In this document: one piece after another, positions 39,058 to 51,721 of the stretch
How positions within the stretch are numbered: the stretch's first letter is position 1
Layout: every line of letters begins with the position of its first letter
Source of the DNA: Octopus bimaculoides
Lineage: Eukaryota
Assembly: GCF_001194135.2 (NCBI RefSeq)
Contig: NC_068985.1
Span: 40,378,646-40,442,645, forward strand
Length of the DNA: 64,000 bases
Direction: 5' to 3'
Notes under the pieces: generated by a model
Told to the model about the DNA's origin: nothing
Databases searched by the model: none
What the model saw: the letters and a program-made list of their open reading frames with translations, nothing else
Made by a program: the position numbers and the translations under genes

Positions 39058-39246
39058 GAGAATATACGAAAAAACAACAACAGACGAGGACAGGTGGTGT
39101 AAATAACAAAAGGATGTATTAGTATGACGCTCGGGAATACGGAAAGTCTTTGACGTTTTGAGCTACGCTCTTCAACAGAAAGAATACGGAGACAAGGAGA
39201 AAAACACGGAGAAAAAAAATTGAATAGTGTCCAGTCAACGGTCAGT
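39056..39246 (-). mobile_element. Short CpG-retaining interspersed element containing a hammerhead-like motif (possible PLE pLTR or retrozyme-like relic)
   Basis: Minus strand tcttt-ctgttgaaga-gcgtagctc-aaaacgtc-aaaga; element abuts a (TA)n run. Confidence 0.5.
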
Positions 39247-39993
39247 AGAGAGTTAGAACACAAAGGAAATAATGAGTATGATATTGGAGCAGTGTTGAAA
39301 ATTAAAGTTACATAAAATATAAAATCAAAACTAGACCATGGACTTAGTACTTACACCTGAGGGCTTACTTAATAGTCACAAGGATATTTTCACTTGTTTT
39401 TTTTTTTTTGCTTTGTGTTTGTGTCTGTGTGCCTGCGCATGCGTAAAAGGCAGAGCTAAAAGAACATAGATATTCCCAAGAGCTTCAGATATTAGTAAAG
39501 AATGGCTTCCAATCACAGCCAAAAGATGCTCTATTGTTTTCTAAGTAGAAACATTTGTCATTAATGCCCTTCCCAAGAGCATATGTAACATAAGTGGCTC
39601 CAGCCAGGTACGGAAACCAGTCCTCAGCTTTTGCTCTATAACATTCACAGCCATTAATCATTCAATTTAGATTAATTTAAATTTAAAAATTACAAAGGAA
39701 AATGCAAATCAGTTGAAAACCTGAAGGCCTTATATATGTGAGCATCAAAGTCTGGTTATATGGCACTATATAGAAGAGAATTAAATCTCAACATTCTCAC
39801 TTGGATGAGAAGTAAATCTCTGGATAAGATGTCAGTCTATAACTGGTAACATTCCCAGACAATTTGTTATCAATTTGCAACAGCTGGATAAAGTGTAGAT
39901 TTAGAATACTGCTATATTTACAAAAACAAAACAATTTGAACAAATATATTATAAACCAGTAGTGAATTTCCTTATCTATATGGCCATTTAACT

Positions 39994-40897
39994 TGTAAAC
40001 GACCGTGCGAAGGAGAGGTGACGAGAATGGCTCCTTTAGTAAATCACACAGTCAATACAATAAATATGAAAAGGATAAATGAGTATAAGTGCCAGAAGGA
40101 AAAGAGAGACACAACTGGGTAGAATGTTTAAGAGAAGATTTTATTGATAGGCTAACATGTGTGTCTGTCTATGCATCATATATGCATACTAATAGACAGG
40201 CCATCATGTATACAAAGTGTGTGTGTACAAATATGGATGTATGCATGTACGTTAAGTACAGAGCATTGAAAGAGTCTATTATATGATGTTAGAAGAATAT
40301 TCAGACACAAGGATGATAAATACCAGTTCATAGTCAAGGTACACAATAGTTGAAATGCTGTATCAAGAAGTTGTGGCTGCAATGCAGAGTCGGTTGAGGT
40401 ACTGTTGTATAAGAAACTGTGGCTACAATGTAGAGCTGGTCACTTGTTACAGGAGCTCTCGCAGGTTGTATTTGCTGTTAACCATGGTGAAGTAATTCAG
40501 TGTTGAGATAGAACCTGTGCGAGTGCTGCTGGTTGCTATGTACATAGAGAGACGATGTTGACGCTGTTGGAAGAGTGTTGATGAGTCTCCATGTGGCTGC
40601 TGTTGTGTCGTCGCTGGAACTGGCTGTGTGCTCTGTGGTCAGTGGCTAGACCTCAAAAGGTCTGGAGCCGAAAGACATCACTATGGTGTAAAGCTAGCGT
40701 TTTATATGGTGCAGTCGGCGCAAACTGAGGTTTAGAAGAGACTGTCTCATGTGACCTTATCAGAAGCCTGCAATTGGTTGGGTTGCATATTGGCACGCAA
40801 TAGAGCAAGAGACAAATTGCACCAATACCAACCAATCAGAGTAGTGGACACAACAGGGTCCAAAAGGGCGGCCGAAGGCTAGCTGTTATCTACTACA
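39994..40897 (-). mobile_element. Probable solo LTR (904 bp)
   Basis: TGTA...TACA termini; on the minus strand CCAAT (40777-40773), TATAAAA (40706-40700) and AATAAA (40145-40140) in U3-R-U5 order; CpG-rich relative to flanks. No TSD found. Confidence 0.6.
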
Positions 40898-41818
40898 TCC
40901 GTATTTATGTATATATAACAGAGAGAGAGAGAGGAATTTCCCTCAAGTCGTATGCTACAAACTTCTACAACATAAATGTGACTATCTACAAAGCCCAAGT
41001 ATTGGTTCTGGCTTCATGCTGTGACGATGAGAAATAACTTTTCCTTTGGAAAAACAATATTTTACTAGAAGTAATGTATGCAGATGATCTGTTGGCAACA
41101 AAAGGCTAACACTTGATTTAAACACATGACCCAAAGGGTTGAAGTTACTGATCACTTCGTACACTATTCATTGGAACAAACTGGCAAGTGGCTTTCATCC
41201 TTATTAATGGTCATACACTTAATTGCTTTTGCAGAGAAACAGATCAACCTTGGCAGCAGCTTTCTTGGAAATGTTAAATTCCTGCAAAGAGGAGTTTTAT
41301 GAACACATTCCACCTATCTCAACTTTTGTTGCTCAATATAGAGCAGGTATGGCTGGCCACTGCTAGCATGCTCAACACCAGGCCATATCAGATGTTATAT
41401 TTTGGAAACTGTGTCCTAACAGAGGACAAAGATCACTCAACAACATTGCTATTATTGGCAGGAAGACATAAAACATGAAACTGAGAACATACCAACTCCT
41501 GGTGTAGTGTGGTGAAATGCATCTCAGTCATGGTTACTTAAAGAAGACTATAAACTCAAGACCAACAGGCCAGTAGTCTAATACTTTTTCCAATTAGTCC
41601 TTTCATATTTATAGTTAAATCAAGTAACCTAGAAAACAATGTGCAACAAATATAACCACCTACAAAACCTCAGAGGTTTTTAAGGACCAGTGAATCTGGT
41701 TTCATTTCCTGACTCGCTTTATAGTTAGTATTCACTCCATCACAAGTAACATTTGAAGGTAATCTGATGCAGATTCCCAGCAATTACATAAATTAATACA
41801 TATAAAATTAAGCACATG

Positions 41819-42190
41819 TCACAGGAATGGCTGTGTGGTAAGAAGTTTGCTTCCCAGCCACATGGTTCTGGGTTCAGTCCCACTGAGTGGCACCTTGAGC
41901 GTCTTCTATTATAGCTTTGGGTTGACCAAAGCTTTGAGAGTCAATTTGGTAGACAGAAATTGAAAGTCTGTCATGTGTGTGTGAGAGTGTTTGTTCATAT
42001 CTGTGCTCCCACCACTATTTGACAACCAGTGTTGGTGTGTTTACATCCCCATAGCTTAGCAGTCCAGCAAAAAAACCGTTAGAATAATTACCAGGCTTTA
42101 AAAAAATAAGTACTAAGATTCATTCAGTCAACTAAAATTTCTCAAGATAGTGCCCCAGCATAGCCACAGACTAATGACTAAAACAAGACA
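41819..42190 (+). mobile_element. tRNA-derived SINE, family A variant with divergent 3' part
   Basis: cacaggaatggctgtgtggtaagaag head and shared body; the 3' module carries extra sequence (aaaaaataagtactaagattcattcagtcaactaaaatttctcaag). Confidence 0.85.
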
Positions 42191-44149
42191 ATATAAAAGC
42201 TAATAGAAAAAACAGAACGCCAATAATGGATTTGAACTCAAGATCTAAAAGCTGGTAATGCAACACCTTATCCATTTTATTATTTCACATCTACAATTAA
42301 GGAAGCCAGCAATATGTATTAGCTTATAAATCATATCACATGGTTCCAGTTTGTTACCAATTTATAAAGCATGCATTTAATTGCCGCATGTGATATAATG
42401 ATTTACATCACATACAATAATTAAATGCATGTTACATACCCACATATATTCATTCATGTTGTGCATGTAGTTATTTGTATGTGAAGTGTAACAGAACACA
42501 ACATGGATGCAGTGATAGGTTAGGTCTTACACAAACTAAATTAATCAAAACTAGATTTGTTTCTTTTCTTTTTTCTTAATATTCTTCATATGACTGCAGC
42601 CATACATAGAAATTGACAGAAGAACCCATGAAGTAGCAATTGTTTATGAGTAACTTCCTGAAACACGAAGAATGGTAGTAGGTGGGAGAAAAGGAGCAAG
42701 GCAGAACTTAGGCTTTTGTTTATGACAATGGATTAAACAAAAAAAAAAAACAATAAATATTCAACTGATAGTAACTAAACTGAATTAAAAATCAGATACA
42801 GTATAATATCAGTTTTAAATCAAAACTTGGCAGATGTGTAAATAAGTTACCTGATGACTAATACACAATCCCAAGTTAACATTCTCAGAACACTTAAATT
42901 ATATAATATTGTTTCTGTGTGTGTGTGTGTGTGTGTGTGAGCGCATGCGTGCGTGTGATAATTTCTACTTGTTTTCCATGCTGACAAGAACTGGAAAGGC
43001 TCTAATGGGGTGGATATATATATATATATATATATATGCATTTACTGTTGCATGCTAATTACAAAAGCAATATTTTTCTTTCATGTAAACAGGAGAAACA
43101 AGTTCAATTCTGATCTGGTGTGGAAGACTCAGATTTAATCAAAATGGAAACATATTTCTGAGTCATTCTGCGATAATAAAATTTCAACTAATTGAAGACA
43201 ATGAATGAGAGAACAACTGGCTTGAGCATGTGCCTGTGTACACTTATCACTTCACTTAGGTGTGCCTTGTGTATTCTGAATGTCACAACAAGAATACCTA
43301 CATGTTCACATGTGTGGGAGTGTAGAGAGAAAGAGAAATAAACAGAAACAGAGACAAAGACAGACAAGATAACCCAAACAACATCAAAACACATACACAT
43401 ATCCCAGTAACGTAACAGAATGGTTGATGTGGCTAGAAGTAAATTTAAGTTTATTACAATGACTTTAAAATCTTCAAATGACAGGTATTACATAATGAAG
43501 GATTAGTATGACGTCCTTACTAAGTTTATAAATAATCCAAACTATGAGAACAGTGAAAAATAGGTACAACAAAAGTTAAAATACTGATATATTATTGTTG
43601 TTAAGACCCAAGTTAACCCTAATCAAGCAATCTTATGATCAAAGATACTCTCATCTCTTTAGGGATATGAAGGACTAAATTATCCAATGTTTAAATAGTA
43701 GTGATTTCACAGAAATTTGGCTGTTATTGCAAGCAGATCAAGCAATCACATAATGACTCCCTTGTTGGTTCAAGTTAAGTAGAGAAAGCTGGTATTCCAT
43801 AAAATTATTTCCTTACAGGTTTCAGTATCTTTGCACAAGACTGGTAACTATCAAGGATGCTACTAGAAGTTATGTATTCATCTCTTGTAGGAGAAAAACA
43901 TAACGATGTGATACAACACCAGAATAGACAGGATGTAAATACTTACATTGCTCTCTGAGCCTATTTTTAAATGTAAGAGGCTGTATTTACAACCTCATAT
44001 TTACCAGTATACCAAGTACAGAACTATAAATCAGTTTTAAATAATTAGATCAGAGAATGCTTTTAAATTTATCAGTTTGTATTAGGATCAAATCACTTAA
44101 AGAGATTGTACCATTGAAGATTACTTGTTTTTCCTAAATGTATCCTTTG

Positions 44150-44525
44150 TATGAGAGAGAGAGAGAGTATGAGTGAGAGAGAGAGTATGAGAGAGAGAGA
44201 GAGAGAGAGAGTATGAGAGGGAGAGTATGAGAGAGAGAGAGTATGAGAGAGAGAGAGAGTATGAGAGAGAGAGAGAGAGTATGAGAGAGAGAGAGAGAGA
44301 GAGAGAGAGTATGAGAGAGAGAGAGTATGAGAGGGAGAGAGTATGAGAGGGAGAGTATGAGAGAGAGAGAGTATGAGAGAGAGAGAGTATGAGAGAAAGG
44401 GTATGAGAGAGAGTGCAAGGGTATAAGAGAGAGAGAGAGAGAGGGTATGAAAGAGAGAGAGGTATGAGAGAGAGCAAGGGTATGAAAGAGAGAAAGGGTA
44501 TGAGAGAGAAAGCGTATGAGAGAGA
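44150..44525 (+). repeat. Polypurine compound minisatellite, (GA)n-GTAT units
   Basis: More than 20 units of variable-length GA runs punctuated by GTAT. Confidence 0.95.
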
Positions 44526-44734
44526 AGAAAAATAGAAAGTGATTGAGAGGGAGAAAATGATTGCATCTTTATGTTTTTGTGTGTGCAAAAAGAGAACAAA
44601 GAGTATTCAATACATGTAACAGAATTGCATTAACTTAGATTTCAGTCAATATCAGACCGGGTCATATCATCACTCCTCAGAGTTTACCCATGCTTATGCA
44701 TTTGGTCAGAAATAACCCTTTGTCGTGAGTGTTG

Positions 44735-44885
44735 AGGTGCATGACTTAGTGGTTAGGGTGTTGGATTCATGATCATAAGATTGTGATTTCAATTCCTGGA
44801 CTGAGTAATGCATTGTTCTTGAGCAAAACACTTCATTTAACATTGTTTCAGTCCACTCAGCTGGCAAAAATGAGTATTTCTGCAA
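44735..44885 (+). mobile_element. 5' portion of a tRNA-headed SINE (family C-like)
   Basis: ggtgcatgacttagtggttagggtg...gtgatttcaattcct head, similar to the head of the minus-strand copy at 61625-62016. Confidence 0.7.
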
Positions 44886-47800
44886 TGTACCATTGTCCCA
44901 TCCACTGGGGAGTATATATGCCGGAGAATCCAGGAAACTGGCCCTATAAGCCTATATGACTATGTGCATATGTATGTGTGAGGGGAATGCTTCTTTCAGT
45001 TTCCACCCACCAAATCCAATCACAAGGCTTCGGTTAGCTTGAGAATATTGTAGAAGAGACCAGCCCAAAACCATATAGTTCCCAAACACACATCCACATC
45101 TGCACCTTCATGAGTAGGAAGTCGTTCAGTTGGTTAAACTACTGAATGCTCATGGTCAAGACTGAAAAATCCACCAATGAGTCATGAGACAAATTAGCCA
45201 AATAAAAATGTTGATTAATAATTTAATGCTATATTTAAATATATCTCCCAATAAAATTTCCTGCAGAGCAAAATTTTCCACACTCCCACCTACCCAATAT
45301 TTCTTTATAAGATTTAAGGTGATTTTTAAAACAAGTTTTGTCTGTGTTGTTGATTTTTAAAAATGTCCAACATATAATTATATTAGCCAAAAATAATGTT
45401 TAAACTATTCCAGATAAATTCCAAATGAGCAATTAGATTTTCATGATTAATTTAAGAAAATGGAATAATGTGTCCTGCTATGCAAAGTATAGTAACTAAC
45501 CATTTATCTTGTAAAGTATATATAAAAATAGTAAAGTTAAAAACAAAATAGCAGAAAAATAGATTCTAGTATCCAGTTTGAGAAAGAGAAAGTGGTTTGG
45601 CATACAGGAGTCATGTCAGTAGCCTGTTGTTCTCTTCTATTTCAGATTGTTGCTTATATTGTTTAATATCACTCACAAATGTAATGTTTGGTATCTACAG
45701 GCTATCTGAATAGTTGATAACCCAAACATTTTTGGAGTAGTTACCTAAATAACTGACAGTAATTAGTAACAAGATGGTAAAATTAATAGAGATAATGAAA
45801 AGTAGTTGTTAATGAGGGTGGATATAGACAGTTCCAAAGATGTATAGTTTTGTGATGAGGAAGATTATAAAAAGTAGTACATGAAGTACCCAGGAACACA
45901 GCGTGAACACAATAAGGGTATTAAGAGGAGGAGAAACAGGTGGGATGAGGGAAATGGCTCAATGTGGCAATCACATACAATCAAATTAAGAGGTGAAGCT
46001 CACTATTATAACAGTAATGTAGGAGAGTCAGATTACAAATCAGCAACAAGTGAATTAATTGAGATATGAGAGAAAAGGTTTATCATACAATGAAAAATAT
46101 GACTGTTTTGGATGAGAACAATTTCCTAGCTATGTAAGAAGTACTGTATTGGATATACATTTTGGAGCTGAAGTATTTGCAGGTCCTGAAAACATAACCA
46201 ATCTCTTGTGATACAACCTTAACTATGAAGTTCTTATGTAAATGCTTCGAAAGGTCATTAGAACTAGTGAAGCCTAGCACTTGTAAGAAGATTGAATGAT
46301 ATTAAGTTGTCATCTTTACATTGCAGAATGCTTTTGAAGTTTCTATTTATAGAGGGCATATATATATATATATATATATATGATTATCAAGAAATGTGGA
46401 GGTAACACCTAGATGATTCCTAAGTGCAAAAAAAGGGAGGGGTAGTCTAAAGCATTTGTTTAGAGGTGAGAAAGTCTGAGTCATGAAGGTAGTGATTAAA
46501 GGGCATTGGAAAGATATTCAACTGAAGTACATACTAGTTGATGGAATGTGAAAGTACCATCACTATGAGCTGTATTTGAAGCAACAGGAGAAAAACTAAG
46601 CAATTCATATCATTAAGATTGAGAAGAGCCTAAAAAAAATATTTAAAAAAAAGGTAGCTTTACATAAGTTTTCATGCCAGATATAACCAACAGCTTTCCA
46701 GGTACCAAGGGTAATCTGCTTTCATCAAAACTTTCAAGATGAAGTAAACCTTATGGCATTAGAGAAAATCTCCAGCAGATCTGGTTTTGTGAGAGTCATG
46801 CTCATGATTATCAAGAAGTGAAAGAAATTTGAGGTGGTTAAAAAGGTAATAACTTATAATTGTTTCATTTACTTTAGAGACATTGGAAGTGAAATCAATA
46901 CGATCAGAGTTGACAATATATTTTGTTCTTTGTTTAGGTATACTACACACTGTTATGTGCTTTCATATCTTATACATAGAAAACAAGAATAACAATTTTA
47001 GTAATGATATAAGTTGTAACAGGAGTATATCAAGCAAAACCATCTGAACTAGTTACTTTGTAAGGCTTAAGTGACCAAAGACTTACCAAAATTTGTGGCT
47101 GTATATATGTTGTGCACTGAAGAATGGATGATGAGAAAGAATAGGAGTGTCCATATGCACAATGTGGGATTGTGGTTATTTCTGGTACATTTATTACTTA
47201 CAGAGCCATCTAGATTAAATTTGGTAATACACTTGAAGTTTCTGTAAAGTTGGCTGAGGGCCTTTTACCAACAATCTCATAATGACTAAAACAATTTTAC
47301 TTTCACACATTATCATTATTCTTCAGTGACCAAAAATTGGGTAAGTTCTATAACTATTGGTTGAAAAGAAAATCAAGGGACAGCTACAGAATCTCTGAGA
47401 TTTGTATTGCTCTTTAGTGCTCTTTAAACAAATGCTGTGAGTTGCAATAGATTGTTCGAATGATGTAAAAGAGTGCTTGCAAATTTCTCTTTTTTAGTTT
47501 GTAAGGCCATATTTGAATATATTTATCACATCTATGCTTCATTACTCCTAGTTTAGAGTTCAAGTCCTACCAGAATCAACTGATTTTTGTATCTGGATTG
47601 TACACCTTCCATTCAAGAATTGACCTTGTGTTTAAGAAAGCAGTTGTTAATCACACAAAGATGATGGAAAAGCAAATTTTTCTCTTCAAGCCTTCTTCTG
47701 ACATTTTTGACAGGATCTGTATTTTTTTTTTTTTTTTTCATATATTTACTGTTTAACATTCACTATTTGATAGTTGGAATGGTCTATTTGTTTGTTTTTA

Positions 47801-48148
47801 CAGCTGGATGATGTGCTTCTCCCAAGCAACTATTTCACAATGAAGTAGTAAAAGTATAATCTGAAGAATTTCTAATTCATTGTCATCTCATTTTAACATT
47901 TACTTTCCCATACATAGATTAAAAAGAATCTGTTGGAAAAGATTTGCTATGGCTAGATGACCTTCCTGTCATCTAATCATCAAGCCATCTAGCCTGTCAT
48001 CTAGATGATCAACTCTTACCTATTTTCAAACATGGCCAGATGTTTTCACAGAATATTGGAAATGAATGACATTCATTCACTTCGGTCATATAATATCAAG
48101 ACAAGAAGACTCAAAATATCTGCACTCACATACATATATATATATATA

Positions 48149-48600
48149 CAGGGTGTCCCAAAATTAAAACAACTGAAATTTCAGGCTTTAATAACCCTGA
48201 ATAAGTGTGATAAGATATGAAAATTATACATCATTATAAAAGCTTAGAGTGTCTTTTTGTTTCAGACTAAATAAATTCAGATTTATAAATTAGATAATGG
48301 CTACAGACCGAAATACAATCATAACCCTCCACAAAGGAGGCAAAAGTAATACAGCTATAACAAAAAAAGTTTAAAATTAACCAACAGTCTGCAAAATTGT
48401 TGAGAAATTTCAAGAGACTGGTTCCACCGCTGATAGACGTGGACATGGCTAAAAAAGAAGTGTGCAGACCACTCAGCTTATCAAAAGCACCGGAGAAAAG
48501 ATAAAGCAAAATCCTTGTCATTCCATCAGAAAACTGAGTGCCACAGCAAAAATAAGTCAAAAACATCAATGTATCGAGTGCTGAAGGACCCACCCTTTTA
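48149..48600 (+). mobile_element. Tc1/maT-like transposon 5' end
   Basis: TA|cagggtgtcccaaaa terminus. MATDRNTIITLHKGGKSNTAI...KIVEKFQETGSTADRRGHG*KRSVQT...IKQNPCHSIRKLS...SMYRVLKD is a paired-like HTH with GRPR-like linker. Confidence 0.8.
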
Positions 48601-49627
48601 GGTGATCTACCATGTGTGTGGGGGGACAGAAGTTCTTTCAAGGCAAATGAGTTCAGATTCATGGTTGAGTTAATAAACTTCACAGTACTATTGCTTAGAG
48701 TGAGAGGTACATGAGTATTGTACAATTTCATATTTCACCTTGTCCATAAAAGGTGAGCTTATGACTAAATAAGAAATTATTTTTATTAAGAATCATGATG
48801 ATGATGACAACAACAATAATAACAAAGATGATGAGAATTAGTTTTCAAACAACAATACTTTGTGTGTATATCCAAAGTAAGTTACTGTTATCTTGTGAAT
48901 ATTCATTCATGTATACCAACAAACCACTTAATTCAGGTTTTGGTAAAACGAGTAGGACATACACCATGTTAATATTAGTAATTAACTGTTTGGTAGTAGT
49001 ATTTTAAATTATGGGCTCTATAACCAGTAAGTAGTGCTGGTATCCACAAAATATAAAGAAATCTACAAGATTAAATGAATGGTTTCACCAGAATTTAATG
49101 ACACCTTATCAACTGCATAAACAATGGTCTTCATGTTCATCATGTTATCTAAATTACACTACTGTTCAAAATAAAGTACTGGGATCAAACAACAAAATAC
49201 ATTCTTGAAATATGTTCTCTTAAAAAACAATATAAAAATATATCTTCCAAAAATCACTGAATAAATAAATAAAGAAAGAATGAAAAGTTAAAAATGAAAA
49301 TAGCTTAGATTCTTTTCTTTTGGCAGCTTCCATTGATAGCAGGATGATATAAACCAAAACAGAACAGACAACAAAGAAAACTTTTCATATGTTCAACACC
49401 CACATATTAGCTAAAATACGGGTTATTCAATATAAAGTGTTTAACAATATTACTACTATTATTATTTCATTTTCTACCTAGTTTTCCAAGATTGGCATGG
49501 GTTGGACAAATTTGTTAATACATCACTCTTCTACAGATATCAAATCTATGCATAGCACATCATAAGATTTTTGCAAAGTGGATGCTCTTCCAATCATCAA
49601 CCACAATGAGAAAGAACATTAAGTGTA

Positions 49628-50005
49628 TCTATATATATAAAAATGAGAATGTGTGTCTGTCTGCCTGTCTGTCTGTCTGTCTGTCTGTGTGAATCCCTAA
49701 AACTCGAGAACTACGCAACCAATTTCATTCAAATTTTACAGATGCCTTACTTAGGGTTCCAGTTGTGTTTTATTATCACTACGACACACATAGTCCCCAG
49801 TTGGTAACATTGATTTCAAGGCCCTCCTAGATGAGAGACTGGCATTCCACTTAATGTCTATGTTCCATGCTGGCATGGATTGGAGAGTTATTAATGTAGA
49901 AATATGGTATCGTAGCTACTAACAGTTGAGGGTTGCGTAGTCTAGACGGCGTTTTTAGATTTCATTATTCTCTTTAACCCGGGCAAAGCCGGGTATTTCT
50001 GCTAG
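49628..50005 (+). mobile_element. Complete non-autonomous Helitron (378 bp)
   Basis: 5' TC, 3' CTAG, subterminal hairpin cccgg-gcaaag-ccggg (49978-49993), inserted between A (49627) and T (50006), no TSD, (TGTC)n near the 5' end. Confidence 0.88.
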
Positions 50006-51505
50006 TTTAATATAACACTAACACTTCAATAGTTGTTTTCTCATACTTTGGGCCTTTTCCTTTCGCTTTACAGTATGTATCTAATTTTTATATGTATGCA
50101 TTCCATGAACACATAAATACTAGTTATATAAGTATTTTTAATAGTTTTATATTCAAAATTGTAGAAACCCTATCAGTCATGTTTACTTCCACTCTTTCTT
50201 CCCAAGTCACAGAAGCCTTGCATAGAGGTAACTGGCTCTGCCCTTCCTTCCCTATGTAAAAAGAAATAATTTTAAACTTTAGAGGTGAATTAATAGTCAA
50301 AGCAAATTCTCTCTCTCTCTCTTTTGTTGTCCCTCTCTTTCTCCCCTCTCTCTTTCAATGTACCATGGTACCATGCCAGTTTTACAGGTGTTGGTGATTA
50401 CAGACCTTCATGCCAAAATCTGAAGATATATTGTTTTTCTTGGAAAAGATATAGCAGTAGTTTTTCATTGCCGTCTGCCAGTTTATTTCAGCTTACCCTG
50501 CTAGCCTCCTTCTAGGTACACTATTCAACCCTTACACAGGGGGACTGATTCACATGACATCAGGATATGTCTGTCCACCAGTGGTTTATATGATACTTGT
50601 ATAGAGGTCAGTCCTTCTCCAAGTCCTGTATACCTTAGACATAGGACTATCTGCTGCTATCTGAACCATAAGCAGGGCCCTTGACAGGTACTGCCACCCT
50701 GGGCCAGTACAGACCTGAGGAACAGTGATGACTAAGGGGTGAATTGATGCTCAGCAAACTCCTGGACTACAAAGCTGGAGCTTCACAACCAGATGAAGTT
50801 CAACATCTTGCCTACAACTGGTAATAATCTTAAAAAAAAAAACAGAAAACAACTTCATAAGGAAAAGGACAAAGGCTTATTGACGTGTCTAAAATACTGA
50901 AATTTGTAATATAATAACTGCAAGTAAGATTTGACATTGATAATGGTATTAATGAATACTAATTAAGATTATATTTACTAAATAATAGCTTGGGTGGAAT
51001 AATGTCTAGTTGTCTTCAGTAACTTTGTTTTATGCTATTTAATAAAAGAATGCAATATTACACACACACACCCATAAAAACAAACATACATACTGCATGA
51101 ATGCTATTTAGAGAGAAAGAAAGTGTGACTGAAAGAAAGAGTTTGACAGTTTATAAGTCTGTTTTTAAAAATACATTCATAAATTAAAAGAGGTACCAAT
51201 GGATAGCAATAAAAATCAGGGCGGTCACTTCAATCTATTAAGCTGTACAATCAAATCTTGCAAAAGGCATTGAGAGTTAACCCTATGCAATGTGGTGTCA
51301 TTATCCTCACATTATAGTTAATTCAGTGGCAGAAGGAAAGGTAACCAACTATACTCACACCAACTCTAAAAGAAAATAATAAATTTATTTTCAGAACCAG
51401 CTAAACTAGATAGACTATTAAAAAATAAAGACTATGACTGCAATAGGACTTGAACCTAAAAGTTACTGATTTATAAGTCTAAGTTTTGAATATCAGTAAT
51501 AAATG

Positions 51506-51721
51506 TAGGGTGGCAAGCTGGCAGAACCATTGACACATCAGGCAAAATGCTTAGCGACATTTCATCTGTCTTTAGATTCTGTGTTCAAATTCTGCCGAGG
51601 TTGCCTTCGTCTTTCGTCCCTTCAAGATTGATAAAATAAGCACCAATTGAGCAATGGGGCTGATGGAATTGACTTAAACCTCTCCCCCAAAACTACTGGC
51701 CTAGTGCCAAAATTTGAAACC
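51506..51721 (+). mobile_element. Family B SINE with 15-bp TSD
   Basis: Head gggtggcaagctggcagaacc, tail gtgccaaaatttgaaacc; TSD aatatcagtaataaa (51489-51503) / aatattagtaataaa (51722-51736). Confidence 0.88.

Noticed and set aside
44093-44599. Ser/Leu-rich ORFs here and similar YI/CV/ER/HT-repeat ORFs elsewhere
   Set aside because: Translations of GA, TA and CA microsatellites.
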